Below are positions 36,812-43,615 of a stretch of 64,000 bases of DNA, piece by piece. The number at the start of each line of letters is the position of its first letter. Position 1 is the stretch's first letter. Under the pieces are notes generated by a model. The model saw nothing but the letters and a program-made list of their open reading frames with translations, was not told where the DNA came from and did not search any database. The DNA comes from Terrimicrobiaceae bacterium (GTDB lineage: Bacteria > Verrucomicrobiota > Verrucomicrobiia > Chthoniobacterales > Terrimicrobiaceae): assembly GCA_049317665.1 (NCBI GenBank), contig JBMOHW010000001.1, forward strand, positions 17,144 through 81,143, given 5' to 3'. Made by a program: the position numbers and the translations under genes.

Positions 36812-37744
36812 ATGATCGACAAGTTCCTTCGTAGTTTCCAAGCCGAAGCCGGGCGGGCGCTGATCGACCGTGAGCGGGAGTTGGAGCTGGCCTTGTGTTG
36901 CTTGATCTCAGGAGGGAACCTTCTCATTGAAGACACGCCGGGTGTCGGCAAGACAACGATGGTCAAGGCGATGGCGCGGTTGCTCGGGCTCGATTTCAAG
37001 CGCGTGCAATTTACCAACGATCTGCTGCCCGCGGATATCCTTGGTAGTCTGGTATTCGACCCGACCCGACAGGCATTCACCTTCCACCGCGGACCGATTT
37101 TTGCGCAGCTCGTTCTCGGCGATGAACTCAACCGGGCCTCGCCCCGGACCCAGAGCGCCGTGCTTCAGGCAATGGACGAACATGAGGTAACGATCGAGGG
37201 GCACACCCATGTGCTTCCGGATCCCTTCTTTTTCGTCGGCACACAAAATCCCGGCGAACAAGTCGGGACCTCGCTTCTGCCCGAGTCGCAGGTTGACCGC
37301 TTTCTGATGCGAATCGCGCTCGGTCTGCCGGAGCGCGAGACCCAGCGGCGGCTCCTCGAGAGGCAGCGGGTGAACTCCGGCGGCATGGTCTTTGATTTTC
37401 AGAGCCTGCCGACGCTGGCGACGCCCGACGATTTGACCCGCTGGCAGCGCGAGGCCGGGGCGTTGTTTGTTTCGGATGCGGTGTCGGAATACATTCTGGA
37501 TCTTTTTGAGGAAGCGCGAGGGAGAGGATGGTCGCTCTCTCCGCGGGCTTGCCTTGGGCTTCAGCGGGCGAGTCAGGCACGGGGATTCCTGCACGGCAGA
37601 GACCACGTTTTGCCCGACGATGTGCAAGCACTTTTCCTTCCGGTCACCTCGCATCGGCTCGCGCAGTTTGCCCGGGTGGCCGGGGATGCACGGGAGGCCG
37701 CATCGATGGCCCGCTCGATCATCGAGCATACGCGGACGAAGTAG
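36812..37744 (+). CDS. MoxR-like AAA+ ATPase
   Basis: 310-aa ORF. Walker A EDTPGVGKT, Walker B VLGDELNRASP, and QAMDEHEVTIEG...FFFVGTQNP typical of MoxR. Confidence 0.9.
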   Translation: MIDKFLRSFQAEAGRALIDRERELELALCCLISGGNLLIEDTPGVGKTTMVKAMARLLGLDFKRVQFTNDLLPADILGSLVFDPTRQAFTFHRGPIFAQLVLGDELNRASPRTQSAVLQAMDEHEVTIEGHTHVLPDPFFFVGTQNPGEQVGTSLLPESQVDRFLMRIALGLPERETQRRLLERQRVNSGGMVFDFQSLPTLATPDDLTRWQREAGALFVSDAVSEYILDLFEEARGRGWSLSPRACLGLQRASQARGFLHGRDHVLPDDVQALFLPVTSHRLAQFARVAGDAREAASMARSIIEHTRTK

Positions 37745-37753
37745 ATTGCCACC

Positions 37754-38704
37754 ATGCTCCGGCATCAACGCGAGCGGATTTACCTGATTCCCCGCTGGTC
37801 CGGCCTGGTGCTCGCAGCCGTCGTGCTTCTCATTTTCGCGCTCGGTTATGTTTCTCCGGCGTCACGGGGCCTGACGCAGACGTTGGGAATCACGCTCATG
37901 GTTGCTGGCGTCGTGGTATTGATCCAGAGCAATGAGAACCTCCGCGGGCTTCAGATCGCGGGATGCCGATCCGTGCCCGTCGCCGCGGAGGACGATGCCA
38001 TTCTCGAGCTCACGCTCCGCAATAACTCGGCTGCCGAGCACGTGGGAATTTGGGTCGGTGAGGGGATCCCGTGGCGGCGATTTTGGAAACGGAATCCTCG
38101 GCAGCGCGCTTGGGTCCCGCTGATTGCGTCCGAGACGAGTGTCACTCTGCGACTGCCGGTTCCGACTTCGCGCCGGGGACGTTTCGAGGTTCCGACGCTT
38201 TGGATCTCGAGTGTGATGCCGTATGGCTTGGGCTTTGCATGGAAAGTGGTCCAGCCAGAGGGAAGCTACTCTGTTTATCCCACGCCGCGCGGTATCGGGT
38301 TGAAGGACATCGGGAATGGCGGCCGATTCTCCGGGACATCGATTTCCGAGGGGAGCGCCGATGTCACGGGGCACCGTCCGTATGAATCCGGTGACCTGCT
38401 CTCGCGAATCGATTGGCGGATCTATGCGCGCACAAACCGGCTGATGATCCGAACCCTGGAGGATGGCGGAAGCAATGAAATCATCCTGCGGTGGCACGAT
38501 ACCGACTTTTGGGATGACGATGAGAAGCGCTTGGAGCAACTGAGTTATTGGATTCAGGAATGTGTGCGGGAGGATCGAAAGTTCACCCTCGATCTCGGAC
38601 CGGCCGCCGGGGCGCTTCATTATCGCAATATCCCGGCCTGCCATGAGGCCTTGGCAGTTTTTGATGTTCTGAGATTTCGCGAAGCAAGTGGGGGTGCGAA
38701 ATGA
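37754..38704 (+). CDS. DUF58 domain protein
   Basis: 316-aa ORF. Two N-terminal TM helices. HRPYESGDLLSRIDWRIYARTNRLMIRT matches the DUF58 core. It lies directly after moxR. Confidence 0.75.
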   Translation: MLRHQRERIYLIPRWSGLVLAAVVLLIFALGYVSPASRGLTQTLGITLMVAGVVVLIQSNENLRGLQIAGCRSVPVAAEDDAILELTLRNNSAAEHVGIWVGEGIPWRRFWKRNPRQRAWVPLIASETSVTLRLPVPTSRRGRFEVPTLWISSVMPYGLGFAWKVVQPEGSYSVYPTPRGIGLKDIGNGGRFSGTSISEGSADVTGHRPYESGDLLSRIDWRIYARTNRLMIRTLEDGGSNEIILRWHDTDFWDDDEKRLEQLSYWIQECVREDRKFTLDLGPAAGALHYRNIPACHEALAVFDVLRFREASGGAK

Positions 38705-40683
38705 GAAGCGCTGAGGAAAAGCAGGAGCGCATGGTGGGGTGGGTGCTTGCTGCTGCCGTGATGCTTCATCTTTCGCTGATGGGAGCGAACCCGGGATTTC
38801 AGGTTTTCGTATTCGCCATTCTTGTGGCCGGTGCGGCGATGCGCTGGCGAAATCTCTTTGTTCCGAATTGGCTCGGGCGTCTCGCGATTTTGATTGGGAT
38901 CGGAGGGGTGATCATGTGCCAAGAAGGCTTTCGTCCCAGCCTCGTCGTTGGAGAAGTGGCGGGCATGGTCGGTGCTTTGCTGCTGCTACGCCCGGCACTC
39001 GCGGCGCGTGGTCTTCAAGTCCTGCTCTGTCTTCTGGTGATGCTTACCGCGGCGATTCTTAATCCATTTACGAGCCTTGGGGCGGCGTTCGTGATCGGTG
39101 ACACCATCGCTCTCCTCTTGGTGGCCGAGCAAATTCATCGCCCTCCCGAGGCGGTGGAAAGCTTCTGGGTTTCGGTCGTGCGGGCTTTCCGGATCGTCGT
39201 GCCGGTTGGCATCGTGGTAACCACGATCTTTTGGCTTTTTCCGAAACTCTCGGATTATACTCCCGTCGGGTTGACCGGGTTCTCAGTCGACGGAATCCTG
39301 AATCCTGGAGCCATTGCCGAGCTTTCTGCCTCACACCGCGTCGCACTCGTGGCACATTTTGGCGAAGGGCAGACGATGCCATCCCCAGCGGACCTTTATT
39401 GGCGTGGCCGGGTGTTGGAGGTCAACGGCGGGCTGAGCTGGTCGCTGGCCTCGAAGCGCGTCGCCCGGGATCGCTCTCTGCAAGACTCCCCTCCTTCGGA
39501 CCGCGCGGACACCCTGAGCTACCGGCAGGAACTTTCTTCGACTCGTGGAGGAATTGTTCCCGCGCTGGATCACGCGGTCTTTGTGGACGCCCAGCGGGAT
39601 GGAACTCCCGTTGCTGTTCTGGAAATCGGAGCTGGCGTGCTGACGGCGGTCGGCACCGGGCCACTCGGGATGGAGATAATCTCCAAACTGCGGAGATCAG
39701 CGGACGAACCCGTCGCGGCAATTTCCAACGCGAGCACGGACGTGCCCAAGGAGATTGCATCGAGTCGCGCGGTTTTTGAAATTGTTGCGCAAGTGGCAAG
39801 CGAGGGGCGATCAGTATCAAGAAAGATCGATGCCGTGACCGAATTCTTTCGCGACTCCGGATTTATTTACACGACCCGGCCCGGGAGACTCGGAAACCTC
39901 GAGCAGTTTCTCACAACGCATCGTCGGGGATTTTGCGAGCACTATGCGGCCGCTGCGGCTAATCTTCTGCGATTGGCTGGTGTGCCGGCACGAGTCGTGA
40001 CCGGCTACCGGGGCGGGGTTTGGAATCCATGGCTCAGGACGATCACCGTGCGGGATTCGAATGCTCATGCCTGGGTCGAGGCTTGGGATGGCGCTGCACG
40101 CCATTGGATCCGGTTCGATCCGACCGATGCGGTTGATGAAAGTCTCGCAGGTCGGATTGCCCGCGAAATGGACGCATCGCAGTGGTCGATCTTTCGGCGG
40201 ATGTGGAGCTTCTCCAGCGCGGTCACGTCGACGGTCAGTCTCTGGATCTCTGGAATGCTGGCCGCCATAACCGCCAGCGAGGCGTGGGCGCAGATCCAAA
40301 TGGCACTCTTCGGGGGTCTCATCGTTGTTGCGCTTCTCTGGATGGTAAGGAACTTCGCCATTCGCCGCGCCTCCGGAATTCAGGAATCCGCAGCACGCCA
40401 TCTGGCCGTGTTGGAGTCCCATGCGGCGCGGTTGCACCGAGGACGCCGTCCTGGAGAAACTCCCCTCGCGTGGCTGACGCGAATCGCCGCGACCGGCGCC
40501 GGGCCCGACGAACGTCGCTTGCTCGAGGCATTCGCCCATTCCTACGCCGAGGGAATGTATCGTCCTCCGACCAAAGAATCGGGCACCGTCGCAAAACTCC
40601 CCAATCATGTCCGCCGATTACTGGCACTCTGGCGAAGACGCCGACTTGTCGCGAACCAGGTCACTGGAGGTCGGGTTCCTTAG
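38701..40683 (+). CDS. membrane transglutaminase-like protein (TgpA/DUF3488-type)
   Basis: 660-aa ORF with a 4-nt overlap with DUF58. N-terminal multi-TM region. Transglutaminase core GFCEHYAAAAANLLRLAGVPARVVTGY...NAHAWVEAWDG...WIRFDPT. Confidence 0.8.
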   Translation: MRSAEEKQERMVGWVLAAAVMLHLSLMGANPGFQVFVFAILVAGAAMRWRNLFVPNWLGRLAILIGIGGVIMCQEGFRPSLVVGEVAGMVGALLLLRPALAARGLQVLLCLLVMLTAAILNPFTSLGAAFVIGDTIALLLVAEQIHRPPEAVESFWVSVVRAFRIVVPVGIVVTTIFWLFPKLSDYTPVGLTGFSVDGILNPGAIAELSASHRVALVAHFGEGQTMPSPADLYWRGRVLEVNGGLSWSLASKRVARDRSLQDSPPSDRADTLSYRQELSSTRGGIVPALDHAVFVDAQRDGTPVAVLEIGAGVLTAVGTGPLGMEIISKLRRSADEPVAAISNASTDVPKEIASSRAVFEIVAQVASEGRSVSRKIDAVTEFFRDSGFIYTTRPGRLGNLEQFLTTHRRGFCEHYAAAAANLLRLAGVPARVVTGYRGGVWNPWLRTITVRDSNAHAWVEAWDGAARHWIRFDPTDAVDESLAGRIAREMDASQWSIFRRMWSFSSAVTSTVSLWISGMLAAITASEAWAQIQMALFGGLIVVALLWMVRNFAIRRASGIQESAARHLAVLESHAARLHRGRRPGETPLAWLTRIAATGAGPDERRLLEAFAHSYAEGMYRPPTKESGTVAKLPNHVRRLLALWRRRRLVANQVTGGRVP

Positions 40684-40743
40684 TGGACGGGAGAGCAGTT
40701 TTGATCGCGACGGGAGCGTCGATCAAGCCAGAAGCCCGCAAAA

Positions 40744-40785
40744 TGGCTCCGGAGGTAGGGCTCGAACCTACGACCAATCGGTTAA
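40744..40785. repeat. 42-nt perfect direct repeat, copy 1 (tRNA-Asn 3-prime portion)
   Basis: TGGCTCCGGAGGTAGGGCTCGAACCTACGACCAATCGGTTAA is identical to 41088-41129. Confidence 0.9.
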
Positions 40786-40820
40786 TCCCGGCGAGCCGGG
40801 ACTCTAACACTGAGCTACTC
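40744..40820 (-). pseudogene. degenerate tRNA-Asn-like copy (anticodon arm replaced, acceptor 5-prime strand missing)
   Basis: Minus strand reads GAGTAGCTCAGTGTTAGAGT-CCCGGCTCGCCGGGA-TTAACCGATTGGTCGTAGGTTCGAGCCCTACCTCCGGAGCCA. The T-arm, variable loop and 3-prime acceptor are identical to tRNA-Asn, and the D-arm has 2 mismatches. The 5-prime anticodon stem and anticodon are replaced by the hairpin CCCGG-CTCG-CCGGG. Positions 1-4 do not pair with the acceptor 3-prime strand. Confidence 0.6.
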
Positions 40821-41072
40821 AACCTCTTTGAGGAGTTGCTCGCGAATGGTCCTCGCAGACTTCCACGATTTGATTTGCTTTTCACGAGCCATTGCTGCCG
40901 CTCGGCTCGGATGAGGCTCCGACCAGACAAGGATCCAAGGACCGTTCTTTCGAGTGAATTTGCCGGCGAGCTGATCGGTTCGGTTATGACTGCCAATTCG
41001 GACATCGAGATTATCCGTCTGGCCGATGTAAAAACGTCCAACTGCGTTTTGGAGTATGTAAACCCAGAACAC
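40815..41072 (-). CDS. small GIY-YIG nuclease family protein (COG2827/YhbQ-like)
   Basis: 85-aa ORF with a GTG start 16 nt downstream of tRNA-Asn. It carries the GIY-YIG motifs VYILQN...GRFYIGQTDNL..R...H and a C-terminal AREKQIKSW (catalytic Glu region). Its TAG stop lies inside the D-arm junction of the tRNA-like copy. Confidence 0.8.
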   Translation of the reverse strand: MFWVYILQNAVGRFYIGQTDNLDVRIGSHNRTDQLAGKFTRKNGPWILVWSEPHPSRAAAMAREKQIKSWKSARTIREQLLKEVE

Positions 41073-41087
41073 CGAATGTTGAAGAAT

Positions 41088-41129
41088 TGGCTCCGGAGGT
41101 AGGGCTCGAACCTACGACCAATCGGTTAA
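41088..41129. repeat. 42-nt perfect direct repeat, copy 2 (within intact tRNA-Asn)
   Basis: Identical to 40744-40785. Confidence 0.9.
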
Positions 41130-41162
41130 CAGCCGACCGCTCTACCACTGAGCTACTCCGGA
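41088..41162 (-). tRNA. tRNA-Asn (anticodon GTT), CCA encoded
   Basis: Hand-folded cloverleaf: TCCGGAG TA GCTC AGTGGTA GAGC G GTCGG CTGTTAA CCGAT TGGTC GTAGG TTCGAGC CCTAC CTCCGGA G CCA. All four stems pair. 75 nt. Confidence 0.93.
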
Positions 41163-41289
41163 TTACGTGGGGAGGGGAGTAAAGCAATGTTGGGGGAGGG
41201 AATCAAATTGTTTTTGTGAGAAATACCGGGTGGTTGGGGATGTCGGGCTCGACATCTGGGTGGGATTTGTTGAAGAACGAGGGTCTGCG

Positions 41290-42477
41290 ATGGCCAACTC
41301 GAATTTTGCTTCCTCCGGTGCTCTGTCGATTCTTCCATGCCGGACGAACTCGGAGAGGATGAGATTTGAGAGGGTTGCGGAGGTTCTTCATGGGAACGAT
41401 CCGGCGTTTGTCCCGCCGTTCCCGGGGAGTATTGCGAAGTATCTCTCGGAGAAGTCGGCGTTTCACAAGCGGCATGGGGAAATCCATCCGTTCCTTGCCG
41501 TGCGCGACGGGCGCGCGGTTGGGCGGATTGCGGCGATCATCAATCGTTCGCACAACGAGTATCACAAGGATCGCGTGGGATTTTTCGGATTTTTCGAATG
41601 CGAAAACGATCTCCGAACAGCCCAGGCTCTTTTTCAAGCGGCGGAAGCCGTGCTGCGCGAGGCGGGAATGGAGTCCGTCCGCGGGCCTTACAATCCGAGC
41701 ATCAACGACGAGTGCGGGCTGTTGTTAGATTACTTCGAGATTCCGCCCTGCATCGGGCTGACATGGAATCCGGCGTATTATCGCGGGTTGATCGAGAGGC
41801 GGGGCTTCGTTCTGGTTCGGACACTGCATGGACTCAATCTCCCGATGCACCGGCTGGAGCGGCCCGAGCGATTGGGGCGGATCACGAAGAGATTGGAAAC
41901 GAGATCGAAGCTGCGGCTTCGTCCGATGGATTTGAAGCGGCTTCCCGAGGAGTTGGGGATTGTTCGAGAGGTTTATAATCAGACACTCGAGCGGAATTGG
42001 GGCTTCGTTCCGATCTCGATGGACGACCTGCTTGCCGCAGCGGACGATATCCGAGCCATTGCGGATCCGCGGTTGTTGCTCATCGCCGAGGCCGATGGAG
42101 AAATGGCCGGCGTGGCGTTGACGCTACCGAACTTTAATGAAATTCTGGCGCGGACAAAACGGACGCCGTATTTTTTGCGACTACCGCACATTTTTTGGCT
42201 GATGAAGACGCAGCGCATCCGTTCGTGTCGGCAAACCGTGCTCGGAGTGGTGCCGGCCTTTCGAGACCGGGGAATCCATGCGTGGCTTGTCTACGAGCAA
42301 TTTGCGAAGGCGCAGCAGCACCATGACGATGCGATCCTTGGATGGATTGAGGAGTCGAATACGGAAGTCCTCGAATTTGTTCGAATCGTAGGTGCTGAGC
42401 CGCGCCAGAAGTGGGGTCTCTTCGAGAAGAAAATCCCAGCGGCGCTTGGACCTGGTGAACTGGCACTGGAGTTTTAG
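41290..42477 (+). CDS. GNAT-like N-acetyltransferase family protein (uncharacterised, about 395 aa)
   Basis: Internal ATG 41290 of ORF 41167..42477. The pattern FLAVRDGRAVGRIAAIINRSHNEYHKDRVGFFGFFEC...GPYNPSINDECGLL recurs in a widespread uncharacterised acetyltransferase-like family (recognised from memory, not searched). Confidence 0.55.
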   Translation: MANSNFASSGALSILPCRTNSERMRFERVAEVLHGNDPAFVPPFPGSIAKYLSEKSAFHKRHGEIHPFLAVRDGRAVGRIAAIINRSHNEYHKDRVGFFGFFECENDLRTAQALFQAAEAVLREAGMESVRGPYNPSINDECGLLLDYFEIPPCIGLTWNPAYYRGLIERRGFVLVRTLHGLNLPMHRLERPERLGRITKRLETRSKLRLRPMDLKRLPEELGIVREVYNQTLERNWGFVPISMDDLLAAADDIRAIADPRLLLIAEADGEMAGVALTLPNFNEILARTKRTPYFLRLPHIFWLMKTQRIRSCRQTVLGVVPAFRDRGIHAWLVYEQFAKAQQHHDDAILGWIEESNTEVLEFVRIVGAEPRQKWGLFEKKIPAALGPGELALEF

Positions 42478-42550
42478 AGCGTCGAGAGATCGGCATCCGG
42501 CCCGGCCCGTAAACTCTCGGAGATCGGTCATCACTTCGATATCCGCGCTT

Positions 42551-43003
42551 TTAGCGATCGTTCGGAAGTCTCGCCGATTGGAGCATTTGATCATGTTCGG
42601 CCTCTTGAACACCTTCTTCAAATAGTCTCGCACTGTCGCTTCGTCCCTCGTCGTCTTCATCTTCGCTCGGAGCCGCTGCGACTTTGTCCCCGGTTGAGCC
42701 ATGGACCGGATCCCAGCGTTCGGATTCTGGTGCGGATTCGAGGATCGTCTGGTTTGGATCCATGTCCGACTCCCCGGTCAATTCCCGTCGGGCCTGGTCA
42801 AAATCGTTCTTCGTGGCGTCCTGTGCTGCGCGGCCGTTGATGATGGCCAATTCTTTCGCCCGCAGCCTGACCATCTCGGGTGTCACGGTGCCGATGCCGT
42901 TGGAGTTTTCGATCAGGATGCCTTGTTTGAGTGGGTTGGTATTCACGGGACAATGAGTATCCAATGCTCCGGGCCTCGCGTGTATGGGGTCTTGACCTAC
43001 CAA
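42551..43003 (-). CDS. DUF2934-like protein with acidic C-terminal tail
   Basis: 150-aa ORF (TTG start, uncertain). Core EMVRLRAKELAIINGRAAQDATKNDFDQARRELTGE resembles DUF2934 and is paralogous to the next ORF. Third-position GC drops in the last 150 nt. Confidence 0.5.
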   Translation of the reverse strand: MVGQDPIHARPGALDTHCPVNTNPLKQGILIENSNGIGTVTPEMVRLRAKELAIINGRAAQDATKNDFDQARRELTGESDMDPNQTILESAPESERWDPVHGSTGDKVAAAPSEDEDDEGRSDSARLFEEGVQEAEHDQMLQSARLPNDR

Positions 43004-43019
43004 CCGCCGGTGACGAAAT

Positions 43020-43205
43020 CTACTCCACCTCGCCGGTCAGTTCGCGTTTGGCTTGTTGCCAGTCGTTCGCAGATAAATCAATCGCCAACCGACCGTCGTT
43101 GATCGCGATTTCGAGTGCCCTGGCCATGACCAGGCGGCCGGCTTCGGGATCGGTGTCTACGGATGCGCCGGTCAAGGAAGGTTTTCTCGGTCGATTCGAT
43201 TTCAT
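43020..43205 (-). CDS. small DUF2934-like protein
   Basis: ORF 43020..43247, trimmed to ATG 43205 (MKSNRPRK), just after the upstream stop. Core RLVMARALEIAINDGRLAIDLSANDWQQAKRELTGE. Confidence 0.5.
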   Translation of the reverse strand: MKSNRPRKPSLTGASVDTDPEAGRLVMARALEIAINDGRLAIDLSANDWQQAKRELTGEVE

Positions 43206-43210
43206 TCCCG

Positions 43211-43513
43211 TCACTTGGCTCTTTGCCGGAGACCACAGGATGTGCATCCCCTGGCGATAAAGTAACCGAGGATCGCGCCGAGCCCGAGTCCGATAGCAAT
43301 AGCTGGATAGGAGTTTTTGTGGACCAGTTCGTTGACGGTCGCCGAGCCATCAACGGCTTTGTCGCAAACCTGGCCGTAGATTCCTTTTGCGCGTCTCAAT
43401 GCCAGCTCCACACGATGGCGGGCCTCTCGGACGTGCCCTCCAGCGATATCTTTCGTTGCGGTCACCAATGCCTCAGTTTCGTCGGCCAGTTCGCTGACAA
43501 TTGTTTTGCTCAT
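43211..43513 (-). CDS. DUF883 (ElaB/YqjD-like) membrane-anchored stress protein
   Basis: 100-aa ORF. A helical N-terminal region is followed by NSYPAIAIGLGLGAILGYFIAR, the C-terminal TM anchor typical of DUF883. Confidence 0.7.
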   Translation of the reverse strand: MSKTIVSELADETEALVTATKDIAGGHVREARHRVELALRRAKGIYGQVCDKAVDGSATVNELVHKNSYPAIAIGLGLGAILGYFIARGCTSCGLRQRAK

Positions 43514-43615
43514 AGGCGGCTAGAATAGGCTAGGAATCGTCCCCGAGGAAATGGGGTCTTCGCCTACCGATTGGGCGGGCATCCGCCGCTGCCGCGATTG
43601 AAACTGATTTTGCGC

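Noticed and set aside
40182-41102. 306-aa plus-strand ORF crossing the tRNA/GIY-YIG region
   Set aside because: It overlaps the transglutaminase gene out of frame, then runs antisense through the tRNA-like copy and the GIY-YIG gene. No motifs.
41239-41256. Hairpin GATGTCG-GGCT-CGACATC between tRNA-Asn and the acetyltransferase-like gene
   Set aside because: Only a 7-bp stem, with no U-tract on either strand and no second copy seen. Too weak to call a terminator or operator.
40683-41290. Integrative element or prophage attachment at the duplicated tRNA-Asn
   Set aside because: The direct repeats are only 344 bp apart. No integrase, recombinase or excisionase is present in or next to the unit, so a classical tRNA-targeting island is not supported. 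It is kept as a GIY-YIG-associated duplication instead.
42181-42702. 173-aa minus-strand ORF
   Set aside because: As a whole it cannot be real, because about 300 nt are antisense to the acetyltransferase-like gene. Only its first ~75 codons show coding-like GC3, which I report separately as an unresolved frame question.
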